Shown here: one piece after another, positions 55,789 through 64,000 of the stretch
Position numbering within the stretch: the stretch's first letter is position 1
Layout: every line of letters begins with the position of its first letter
Assembly (NCBI GenBank): GCA_944322925.1
Contig: CALUQM010000008.1
Location: 9,073 to 73,072 of the forward strand
DNA from: an uncultured Bacteroidales bacterium
GTDB lineage: Bacteria; Bacteroidota; Bacteroidia; Bacteroidales; UBA932
DNA: 64,000 bases
Direction: 5' to 3'
The notes under the pieces: model-generated
Database searches by the model: none
Told to the model about the DNA's origin: nothing
What the model saw: only the letters and a program-made list of their open reading frames with translations
Made by a program: the position numbers and the translations under genes

Positions 55789-57042
55789 ATGCAACAGAGT
55801 ATTGATACTTACGATTTTTCAGGCAAGAAAGCCATTGTAAGGGTGGATTTCAACGTTCCGCTCAATGAAAAATTCGAAATCACGGATGACACCAGAATCC
55901 GGGCTGCCATTCCTACTTTGAAGAAAGTCCTTGAAAAAGGCGGTTCTCTCATCATAATGTCCCACCTCGGACGTCCTAAGGGTGTGACTGAAAAATTTTC
56001 TCTCAAACATATTCTCGGCAGGGTGGAGGAACTTCTCGGAGTGCCTGTAAAATTTGCCGACGACTGCATGTCTGCAGATGACAAGGTAGCCGCCCTGAAA
56101 CCGGGCGAAGTGCTCGTTCTCGAAAACCTCCGTTTCTATGCGGAAGAGGAAGGCAAGCCGAGAGGCCTTGCAGAGGATGCCACCGACGAGGAGAAGAAGG
56201 CAGCCAAGGCTGCGGTGAAGGAAAGCCAGAAGAAATTTGTGGCCAAGCTTGCCTCGTATGCCGACTGCTATATCAACGATGCTTTCGGAACGGCCCACAG
56301 GGCACACGCTTCGACAGCCCTTATCGCAAAGTATTTCCCGGAAGACAAGATGTTCGGATATGTAATGGAAGGCGAGATCAAGGCTATCGACCGCGTCCTC
56401 AAGACTCCTGAGCACCCTGTTACCGCAATCATCGGCGGAGCCAAGGTATCTTCCAAGATAGGCATTATCGAGCATCTTTTCGATGTTGTCGACAACATGA
56501 TCATCGGCGGCGGCATGGTATATACATTCGTAAAGGCGCAGGGCGGCAAGATCGGAAATTCCCTCTGCGAGCCTGACCAGACCCAGCTTGCTCTCGATAC
56601 CATCAAGAAAGCCGAGGAAAAAGGCGTGAAACTTTATCTTTCCAAGGAAGTCGTCATCGCCGACGCATTCTCTAATGATGCCAACACCAAGATCTGCCGC
56701 AACGATGAAATTCCTGACGGCTGGGAGGGTGTAGATGCCGCTCCAAGCACTCTTGCCGTATGGGAAGATGTCATCATGAAGTCCAAGACCATCCTCTGGA
56801 ACGGTCCTGTAGGCGTATTCGAATTGCCTTCATTTGCAAAAGGCACCAACAAGGTGGCTGAAATGCTGGCAAAAGCCACGGAAAACGGAGCGTTTACCCT
56901 TGTAGGCGGCGGAGACTCCGTAGCAGCCGTGACCCAGATGGGTTATGCCAACAAGGTAAGCTACGTGTCTACGGGCGGCGGAGCCATGCTCGAATATCTC
57001 GAAGGCAAGGAACTGCCTGGTATCGCAGCCATCCGTGAATAA
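55789..57042 (+). CDS. pgk: Phosphoglycerate kinase
   Basis: [56 protein letters not shown]. Confidence 0.99.
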   Translation: MQQSIDTYDFSGKKAIVRVDFNVPLNEKFEITDDTRIRAAIPTLKKVLEKGGSLIIMSHLGRPKGVTEKFSLKHILGRVEELLGVPVKFADDCMSADDKVAALKPGEVLVLENLRFYAEEEGKPRGLAEDATDEEKKAAKAAVKESQKKFVAKLASYADCYINDAFGTAHRAHASTALIAKYFPEDKMFGYVMEGEIKAIDRVLKTPEHPVTAIIGGAKVSSKIGIIEHLFDVVDNMIIGGGMVYTFVKAQGGKIGNSLCEPDQTQLALDTIKKAEEKGVKLYLSKEVVIADAFSNDANTKICRNDEIPDGWEGVDAAPSTLAVWEDVIMKSKTILWNGPVGVFELPSFAKGTNKVAEMLAKATENGAFTLVGGGDSVAAVTQMGYANKVSYVSTGGGAMLEYLEGKELPGIAAIRE

Positions 57043-57070
57043 GGCCTGACGGCCGTTGCTGACTGAAAAG

Positions 57071-57952
57071 ATGACAGATACTCTTTTCATAAACTGGAAT
57101 GTAAGCCCCGAGATTTTCCATATCGGGGCTTTTGCTGTCAGATGGTATTCCATTCTGTTCATTTCCGGCTTTATCCTCGGCTGGTTCATTTTCAAATGGT
57201 TTTTCAAGAGAGAGAATCTTCCCCTGAAACTGCTCGACCCCCTGCTTTATACTTTGCTGATCGGTACGATTGTAGGCGCAAGGCTCGGGCACTGCATTTT
57301 CTATCAGCCTGACTATTATTTCGGAAGCTGGCAGGGTTTCTGGGAGATTTTCATGCCGTGGAAAGGCGGACTTGCAAGTCATGGCGGAACCATTGCCCTT
57401 CTGATTGCGATGTGGTGGTATGCAAGGCATTACGGCCGGAAATACGATTTCGACATGCTTTGGATTCTCGACAGGCTGTGTATAGCCGTATGTTTCGCCG
57501 GTGCGCTGATCAGACTCGGAAACCTGTTCAATTCGGAGATTTACGGAGACGTTACCGATCTTCCGTGGGGCTTCATATTCGAGCGCAGGGGAGAGACTGA
57601 ACCTAAGCATCCGACCCAGCTCTACGAAGCCTTGAGCTATACGATTCTCGGTGTCGTACTGCTTCTCATGTACAAATACAGGCTCGACAAGCTCAGACGC
57701 GGAACGATCATAGGAATTTTCTTCATAGTGCTTTTCGGCATGCGTTTCCTTATAGAGTTCATCAAGGAGCCTCAGGTCGGTTTCGAGGAAAACATGGCGC
57801 TCAACATGGGGCAGATCCTGAGTATTCCTTTTATCCTTGCGGGAATCGGTCTTCTTGTCTACAGCCTTAAATGGGGCAAGCCGGCAGGTATCGTGCATCC
57901 GGAAAAGCCGAAGCCGCAGCAGACCCACTATGCGAAAAGTCTCGGGAAATGA
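57071..57952 (+). CDS. lgt: Prolipoprotein diacylglyceryl transferase
   Basis: VRWYS, GARLGHC, GLASHGG, IRLGNLFNSEIYG, HPTQLYEA, RFLIEF. Confidence 0.97.
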   Translation: MTDTLFINWNVSPEIFHIGAFAVRWYSILFISGFILGWFIFKWFFKRENLPLKLLDPLLYTLLIGTIVGARLGHCIFYQPDYYFGSWQGFWEIFMPWKGGLASHGGTIALLIAMWWYARHYGRKYDFDMLWILDRLCIAVCFAGALIRLGNLFNSEIYGDVTDLPWGFIFERRGETEPKHPTQLYEALSYTILGVVLLLMYKYRLDKLRRGTIIGIFFIVLFGMRFLIEFIKEPQVGFEENMALNMGQILSIPFILAGIGLLVYSLKWGKPAGIVHPEKPKPQQTHYAKSLGK

Positions 57953-58500
57953 CGGGAAATCCGAGAATCGACAGCACGCTCGCATTTCTGGAAGAGCATT
58001 CCATAGACTATGAGCTTTATGTACATCCTCCTCTGCCTACGATAGAGGAGGCTTTGAAATATTGGCGGAATCTTGATTCGACCCACTGCAAGAATCTGTT
58101 TTTCCGCAATCATAAGGGCAACAGGCATTATCTGGTCGTTCTGGAGTGTCACAAGGACCTCGATATTCACGGGCTCGAGCACCGGCTGCACCAGGGAAAG
58201 TTGTCTTTTGCCTCTCCGGAAAGGATGAACCGCTGCCTCGGCCTGTCCCCGGGTTCCGTATCGCCGCTCGGCCTTGTCAACGACATCGTCCCGGAAAATC
58301 CGGATCCCAGGGAACTGTATCCGAACGGTCACAGGGTGAAATTGTTTTTGGACCGGGATTTGCAGGCAGCGCCCCGTCTGAGTTTCCATCCTTGCGACAA
58401 TACGGCAAGCGTCATCATCGGCAATGACGGATTCATGCGCTTTCTCGATATCTGGGGAGGGGAATATGAGTGGATAGACATCGGAACTCAGGATGTTTGA
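57949..58500 (+). CDS. YbaK/ProX-family aminoacyl-tRNA editing protein (PrdX-like)
   Basis: HCKNLFFRNHKG, KLSFAS, GSVSPLGL, FHPCDNTAS; ATGA overlap with lgt stop. Confidence 0.9.
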   Translation: MTGNPRIDSTLAFLEEHSIDYELYVHPPLPTIEEALKYWRNLDSTHCKNLFFRNHKGNRHYLVVLECHKDLDIHGLEHRLHQGKLSFASPERMNRCLGLSPGSVSPLGLVNDIVPENPDPRELYPNGHRVKLFLDRDLQAAPRLSFHPCDNTASVIIGNDGFMRFLDIWGGEYEWIDIGTQDV

Positions 58501-58512
58501 CAAAGTGGATTT

Positions 58513-59286
58513 ATGATTAAGGCAATTTTTTTCGATATCGACGGAACGCTTGTAAGTTTCAGGACACATCAGATCTCGAAAGCGACCATCGATACGCTGT
58601 ATGAACTGAAAAGCAGGGGCATCCGGCTTTTTATAGCAAGCGGCAGGCACCTTCTCATCATGGACAATCTCAGCGGATTCCCATTCGACGGGTATGTGTG
58701 CATGAACGGATCCCTTATATTCGACAGGGGAGAGATGATTTACAGCCGGCCTCTCGACAGCGCCGATGCCGATGCGGTCATTACCCTTGCCGAAGAAAAC
58801 AGGATACCGTGCGTCCTTTTCGCCGAAAAGGAAATCGTGATCAACTGCCATACCGAACTCACCGACAGGGTGTTCGAAATGATACACCTTCCCAAGCCGG
58901 AGCCTGTATCTCTTTTGCGCTATCTGGGAAAGCCGGTCAGCCAGTTCACCATATTCATCGACAGGGAAACGGAGGAGAAGACTCTTCTTCCGCTTCTGAG
59001 GCATTCCGTTACGGCAAGGTGGCATCCGGAATTTACTGATATAGACCCTGAAAATATATCCAAGGCGGAGGGAATTTCGAGGGTGATTGAGCGTTACGGT
59101 ATCAGGCGGGAAGAAGTCATGGCATTCGGTGACGGTGGCAACGACATCGAAATGATCGAATACGCAGGCATCGGCGTTGCCATGGGCAATGCGGCTCCCG
59201 ATGTCCGCAGTCATGCGGATTATGTGACATCGACTGTAGACGAGGACGGAATCGTGAATGCGGTCCGTCATTTCGGCTTGTTGTAA
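58513..59286 (+). CDS. Cof-type HAD-IIB hydrolase
   Basis: FFDIDGTLV, ASGR, NGS, SKAEGI, AFGDGGNDIEM, VAMGNA. Confidence 0.95.
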   Translation: MIKAIFFDIDGTLVSFRTHQISKATIDTLYELKSRGIRLFIASGRHLLIMDNLSGFPFDGYVCMNGSLIFDRGEMIYSRPLDSADADAVITLAEENRIPCVLFAEKEIVINCHTELTDRVFEMIHLPKPEPVSLLRYLGKPVSQFTIFIDRETEEKTLLPLLRHSVTARWHPEFTDIDPENISKAEGISRVIERYGIRREEVMAFGDGGNDIEMIEYAGIGVAMGNAAPDVRSHADYVTSTVDEDGIVNAVRHFGLL

Positions 59287-59306
59287 TGATTTTTATTTTG
59301 TAAGAA

Positions 59307-60713
59307 ATGAGACGATTCAGTATTTGTGCGTCCGTTTTTATCCTGTCCTCGGTTTTTGCCGTGTGCGGCAAGGCACAGGATACGCTGCCGGAGCCGGTCT
59401 GTATTACTCTGGATGACGCACTGAAAATTGCATTGAGCGAAAACGTCACCGTCAAGGTGGCTGACAAGGAAATAGAGAGGACAGGTTATGCCAGGAAAGG
59501 CACCTATTCCTCTCTTTTTCCACAGATAGATGTTTCCGGGGCCTATCAGCGCACTATCAAGAAACAGGTCATGTACATGGATTTCGACATGGATGCTCTC
59601 GGAGGCATGACAGGCGGATCCGGAGAGTCGGAGCAGGCGCTTGACATGGACGGCGGCCTTGAAGTCGGACGGTGGAATACATGGTCCGCAGGAGTGCAGG
59701 CATCCATGCCTCTTGTCAATGCCCAGCTCTGGAAAAGTATCGGAATTTCCGGCCTCGATGTGGAACTTGCGGTAGAGAAGGCCCGCTCTTCCCGCCTCGA
59801 CATGGTGACTTCTGTAAAGAATGCCTATTATTCGGTACTTCTCGCCAAAGAGGCCTTCGACGTCTACAGGGAAGTGTATGAGAACGCCGTAAAGAATTAC
59901 GAAGAGACGGAAAAGAAATACAATGCCCAGAAAGCCAGCGAATTCGATCTCGTAAGGGCAAAGACGAACGTGGCCAATGCTGTCCCCGATGTCTATAATG
60001 CCGAAAGTTCGGTGATACTTGCCCTGTGGCAGCTCAAGGCGGTCATAGGGGTTGACCTCGATGAAAATATAGACGTGACCGGATCTCTGATAGATTACTC
60101 CGAGGACATGAGTTATGACATAGGAATCACCGATTCTGTCTCGCTCGACCATAATACCACGATGAAACAGCTTGCCATCCAGGCCGAACAGCTTGCCGAA
60201 TCCGTCAGACTGCAGAAATATGCCTATATCCCGACCCTGTCGGCGGCTTTCTCGTTCAGTCTCAATGCTATGACCAACGACTTCAAATTCAGCCAGTACC
60301 GCTGGACCCCGTACTCGTACGTAGGTCTGAGCCTTTCCATTCCTATATTTTCAGGAGGCAAGAGGTATAATGCCGTACGTCAGACCAAAACCCAGTACGA
60401 GCAGCTCGAACTTCAGACAATGGATACGGAAAGGAATCTGAGGATAAGCATCCGTCAGAGCCTTACCGAGATGGAGACCAATATCAAGAGCTATTATGCG
60501 GCAAAGGAAGCTGTCGCCTCGGCGCAGAAGGGATACGACATTGCAGAGAAGACATATCAGGTCGGCAGGAACACTCTCATAGAGCTGAATGACGCCCAGC
60601 TCGCTCTTACGCAGGCGCGGCTCGGAGTCTCTCAGGCCGTTTATAATTTCGTGACAGCCAAGGCCCGTCTTGAACAGACCCTGGGAATGGATTTTATTGA
60701 CAATAAAGAATAA
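59307..60713 (+). CDS. TolC-family outer membrane efflux protein
   Basis: Signal peptide, TLDDALKIAL, two helical repeats, ELNDAQLALTQA; precedes MFP and RND genes. Confidence 0.92.
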   Translation: MRRFSICASVFILSSVFAVCGKAQDTLPEPVCITLDDALKIALSENVTVKVADKEIERTGYARKGTYSSLFPQIDVSGAYQRTIKKQVMYMDFDMDALGGMTGGSGESEQALDMDGGLEVGRWNTWSAGVQASMPLVNAQLWKSIGISGLDVELAVEKARSSRLDMVTSVKNAYYSVLLAKEAFDVYREVYENAVKNYEETEKKYNAQKASEFDLVRAKTNVANAVPDVYNAESSVILALWQLKAVIGVDLDENIDVTGSLIDYSEDMSYDIGITDSVSLDHNTTMKQLAIQAEQLAESVRLQKYAYIPTLSAAFSFSLNAMTNDFKFSQYRWTPYSYVGLSLSIPIFSGGKRYNAVRQTKTQYEQLELQTMDTERNLRISIRQSLTEMETNIKSYYAAKEAVASAQKGYDIAEKTYQVGRNTLIELNDAQLALTQARLGVSQAVYNFVTAKARLEQTLGMDFIDNKE

Positions 60714-60719
60714 TTTTAT

Positions 60720-61766
60720 ATGAAATCGATTGTTTTTCAGGCAGTATGTGCATCTGTCCCTTTTGCTCTGGCTGCCTTGATGGCGGCTGGTTGCGGCAAT
60801 TCCGCATCATCCGGTTCCGTGACGGAAAATCCCGAGGATGAAGTCCCTTCAGTCGTAGTGAAACAGGTGTTTGTCGAGGACGTGCCGCAGTACGGCGTAT
60901 ACACTTCGACTGTCCAGCCGTTTGTCAAGAACAACATCGCACCTCAGACCAGCGGCAGGATCACTGAAATAAATGTCGAGACCGGAGATTATGTCACGGC
61001 CGGTCAGGTGCTTGCCGAAATGGATGACGTGAATCTCCTGCAGGCCAGGCTCAAGATGGTGAACGACTCGACGGAGTTTTCCCGCCTGTCCGGGCTGTAT
61101 GAGGCCGGCGGTCTTTCAAAATCCGATCTGGACGCGATGGAACTCTCATACAACGTATCCAGAAGCAGTTATGAGAATCTTCTGGAGAATACCATACTGA
61201 CGAGTCCGGTCGACGGTGTCATTTCCGCAAGAAACTATGACCGGGGAGACATGTTTTCTCTCGGACAGCCGATATATACCGTAGAGCAGATCGTGCCGGT
61301 AAAGCTCCTTGTCGGCATTTCGGAAACAGACTATACGAAGGTGCACAGGGGAGACAAGGTGGAAGTGACGGCTGATGCCTTTCCAGGCAGGACGTTCGAC
61401 GGGGAAATCAACAGGATATATCCTACGATAGATCCGGCGACCCACACTTTTACCGTCGAAATCATAGTCCCTAACCGCGACAGGGTTCTCCGGCCGGGCA
61501 TGTTCGCAAGAGTAAAAGTGCTGTTTGCAGTCAACAGGAGCGTTGTGGTGCCTGATGCCGCGATAGTCAAGCAGACCGGTTCCGGTGAAAGATTCATCTA
61601 TGTCCTGAATCCGGCGGACAGTACCGTCACCTATCAGAATGTCGACCTCGGAGTCAGGATGGATACCGAATACGAGGTCCTGTCCGGTCTGAAAGACGGC
61701 GACATGATAGTGACGGAAGGACAGATCCGCCTGAAGTCCGGTATCAAGGTTTCAGTCAAGGAATAA
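60720..61766 (+). CDS. RND efflux periplasmic adaptor (MFP) lipoprotein
   Basis: Lipobox AAGC; GRITEINVETGDYVTAGQVL, LTSPVDGVIS, LRPGMFARV, GLKDGDMIVTEG. Confidence 0.95.
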   Translation: MKSIVFQAVCASVPFALAALMAAGCGNSASSGSVTENPEDEVPSVVVKQVFVEDVPQYGVYTSTVQPFVKNNIAPQTSGRITEINVETGDYVTAGQVLAEMDDVNLLQARLKMVNDSTEFSRLSGLYEAGGLSKSDLDAMELSYNVSRSSYENLLENTILTSPVDGVISARNYDRGDMFSLGQPIYTVEQIVPVKLLVGISETDYTKVHRGDKVEVTADAFPGRTFDGEINRIYPTIDPATHTFTVEIIVPNRDRVLRPGMFARVKVLFAVNRSVVVPDAAIVKQTGSGERFIYVLNPADSTVTYQNVDLGVRMDTEYEVLSGLKDGDMIVTEGQIRLKSGIKVSVKE

Positions 61767-61770
61767 GATC

Positions 61771-64000
61771 ATGAGCATATACAGAAAAGCAGTCAACAAC
61801 CCGGTAACGACGGCGCTGGTCTTTGCGACCTGTGCCATTCTCGGCATATATTCTCTCATGAATATTTCCATCAACCAGTTGCCGGAGTTCGATGCCAACG
61901 TCATAATGGTCATGTCTTCCTATCCGGGAGTCAGTGCGGAAGACATTGAAACCAACCTGTCCAAAGTTCTGGAAAACGCCCTTAACGGAGTCAGCGACCT
62001 GAAAGACATCACTTCCACTTCCAAGGAGAACATATCCCTGATAATGCTCGAGTTCGAATACGGGGTGGACATAGACGTGGCGACGAATGATGTCCGGGAC
62101 AAGCTGGACCTTGTAAATTCGGAACTTCCGGACGGGGCGTCGGTGCCAGTGATTTTCAAGTTCAGTGCGGACGATCTGCCGATCATGATATTGTCGGCTA
62201 CCGCAGAGGAAAGTCTCCCTGCTCTCGAGAAAATCCTCGACGACAAGGTCACCACCCCTCTTGCAAGGGTGTCCGGGGTCGGTACCGTATCAGTTTCAGG
62301 TGCTCCGCCGCGTGAAATACAGGTATTCTGCGACCCGAACAAGCTGGAGGCCTACGGACTTTCGATTTCTGCAATATCTTCTGTCCTTGCTTCGGAAAAC
62401 AGGAATGTGCCGAGCGGGAACATCGACATAGGCACGGATACATATTCTGTCCGGGTGGAAAAGGAATTCGAGAGTGCGGAAGAGATGCTCGACGTTGTTG
62501 TCGGCTACAGCAACGGAAGCGCGGTCTACCTGAGAGATGTGGCCGTGGTCAATGACGGTATCGAGGAACGTTCCCAGGAAGCATATACCGATGGAGTCCA
62601 GGGTGCCCAGATCGTGATTCAGAAGCAGACGGGAGCCAATACCGTTAATGTCATCAAGGACGTCAAAAAGGCCTTGTCGAGAATCGAAAAGACCCTTCCG
62701 TCCGATGTGAAGATTTCGACCGTCATCGACAGTTCGTCCAATATCATCAACAGCATCAACAGCCTGAAAGAAACCATAATCATCACTTTCCTGGTTGTCA
62801 TGCTCGTCGTTTACGTATTCCTCGGGCGGTGGAGGGCGACTTTCATAATCATTCTTGCGATTCCCATATCGCTTCTGGCTTCGCTCGTGTATCTGTTCGC
62901 GACTGGAAATACCCTCAATGTCATTTCCATGTCCGCATTGTCCATAGCGATAGGAATGGTGGTAGATGACGCCATAGTGGTCCTGGAGAATGTTTCGACC
63001 CATCTCGAGAGAGGGGCCAAGCCGAAAGAGGCAGCCGTGCATGCCACACAGGAAGTGGGTATTTCGGTAGTCGCTTCGACTCTCACCATGCTTGCCGTTT
63101 TCCTTCCGCTCACCATGATACAGGGTATGGCCGGAATAATGTTCCGTCAGCTCGGATGGATTGTCAGCATCATCATGATCGTTTCTACTGTGGGTGCACT
63201 TACCCTTGTGCCTATGATGTGTTCGAGGATGCTCGTCTACAAGCCGAAAACGAACAGGCTGCACCAGTTCATTTTCGGCGGCGTCAACAGATTCCTGAAC
63301 TGGCTTACAAGGGTGTACGGAAACATCATAAACTGGTCCGTACATCACAGGACGGCAGTGGTCTGCATGGCCGTGGTCATATTTTTCTCGACACTCTTCC
63401 TTCTCGGCCCGAAAATCAAGTCCGAATATTTCCCGAAATCCGATTCCGGACGTATCTCGATTTCCATAGAGCTTCCGGTCGGGACCGCCCAGTACATCAC
63501 GAGGGATTTCGCCGAAATGCTGTACAACCGCTTCCGTTCCGAAATTCCCGAGATCGTGGTATGCAGCTATTCTCTCGGACAGGCCGATACCGACAATGCC
63601 TGGGGCTCCATGCAGAATACGGGAACGCACATAATTTCCTTCAACATGGACCTCGGCAGCATGGAAGACCGCGAACGGTCATGCTGGGATATTTCCGCAA
63701 TAATCAGGTCGGACCTGAACGAATATCCCGAGATCAAGAAATTCGAGGTTACTGAAGGCCAGATGGGGCTCGGAGGCACAAGTTCTGTCGATGTCGAGAT
63801 CTACGGATATGATTTCAACACTACCGACAGGGTGGCTCAGGACATTGCCGCGGGCATGAAGGCAATGGGGTCATGTTCCGAAGTCGTCATCAGCCGCGAT
63901 GAATATACCCCTGAGTATCAGGTCGATTTCGACAGGACCAAGCTGGCTGTCAACGGCCTGAACAGTACGACTGCCGCATCCTATCTGAGCGCCTGCATCA
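61771..64000 (+). CDS. AcrB/AcrD/AcrF-family RND permease (3' truncated by window edge)
   Basis: Manual translation MSIYRKAVNNPVTTALV...LPEFDAN...SYPGVSAEDIE; later GMVVDDAIVVLEN proton-relay motif; absent from the ORF track, presumably because there is no stop in the window. Confidence 0.93.
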   Translation, partial: MSIYRKAVNNPVTTALVFATCAILGIYSLMNISINQLPEFDANVIMVMSSYPGVSAEDIETNLSKVLENALNGVSDLKDITSTSKENISLIMLEFEYGVDIDVATNDVRDKLDLVNSELPDGASVPVIFKFSADDLPIMILSATAEESLPALEKILDDKVTTPLARVSGVGTVSVSGAPPREIQVFCDPNKLEAYGLSISAISSVLASENRNVPSGNIDIGTDTYSVRVEKEFESAEEMLDVVVGYSNGSAVYLRDVAVVNDGIEERSQEAYTDGVQGAQIVIQKQTGANTVNVIKDVKKALSRIEKTLPSDVKISTVIDSSSNIINSINSLKETIIITFLVVMLVVYVFLGRWRATFIIILAIPISLLASLVYLFATGNTLNVISMSALSIAIGMVVDDAIVVLENVSTHLERGAKPKEAAVHATQEVGISVVASTLTMLAVFLPLTMIQGMAGIMFRQLGWIVSIIMIVSTVGALTLVPMMCSRMLVYKPKTNRLHQFIFGGVNRFLNWLTRVYGNIINWSVHHRTAVVCMAVVIFFSTLFLLGPKIKSEYFPKSDSGRISISIELPVGTAQYITRDFAEMLYNRFRSEIPEIVVCSYSLGQADTDNAWGSMQNTGTHIISFNMDLGSMEDRERSCWDISAIIRSDLNEYPEIKKFEVTEGQMGLGGTSSVDVEIYGYDFNTTDRVAQDIAAGMKAMGSCSEVVISRDEYTPEYQVDFDRTKLAVNGLNSTTAASYLSACI

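Noticed and set aside
55624-57056. Imperfect inverted repeat flanking pgk (acggccgtgtcagg versus cctgacggccgt)
   Set aside because: Short, needs a 2-nt gap, and flanks a core gene with no recombinase nearby; likely chance
1-64000. CRISPR arrays, tRNA/rRNA genes, IS elements, prophage or defence genes
   Set aside because: No regularly spaced repeats, cloverleaf sequences or relevant protein motifs recognised; almost all sequence is accounted for by the listed CDSs

Overview
This is a Bacteroidales-type chromosomal window, inferred from the recurring TAnnTTTG promoter elements, the hybrid two-component regulator (HTCS), Ser-type sulfatases and gene content. It opens with the end of the alpha ribosomal operon (rpsD-rpoA-rplQ). 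Housekeeping blocks follow: a nagB pair, the hppA membrane pyrophosphatase, metX-metY-asd, pepP, a PiT transporter divergent from a PhoB/PhoR-like pair, lolD-trmN6-lepA, menA, DUF2723, SUI1-DUF4271-hemD-rnpA-yidD and menG. A ~26.5 kb glycan-degradation locus (28187-54645) is built around an HTCS. It holds 6 sulfatases (one fused to an esterase), 3 GH2 enzymes, an unassigned clan GH-A hydrolase, a free esterase and a metallophosphoesterase, but no SusC/SusD. The window ends with an RlmI-like methyltransferase, pgk-lgt-proX-HAD and a TolC/MFP/RND efflux operon that runs off the edge. The strongest non-annotated signals are: (1) a Met-rich 16-aa leader peptide with alternative hairpins ahead of metX-metY-asd; (2) a TTTTGACnGA motif whose TTTTGAC core ends exactly 34 nt before the -7 element of three promoters in the glycan locus (candidate HTCS operator); (3) a symmetric pair of PhoB-box-like sites between pit and the response regulator; (4) a Val-rich uORF overlapping the menA start and a GC-rich two-state RNA-like element ahead of menG; (5) a Fur-box-like palindrome ahead of pgk. 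No tRNA, rRNA, CRISPR array or transposase was recognised. All family assignments come from motif reading by eye, not from database searches.
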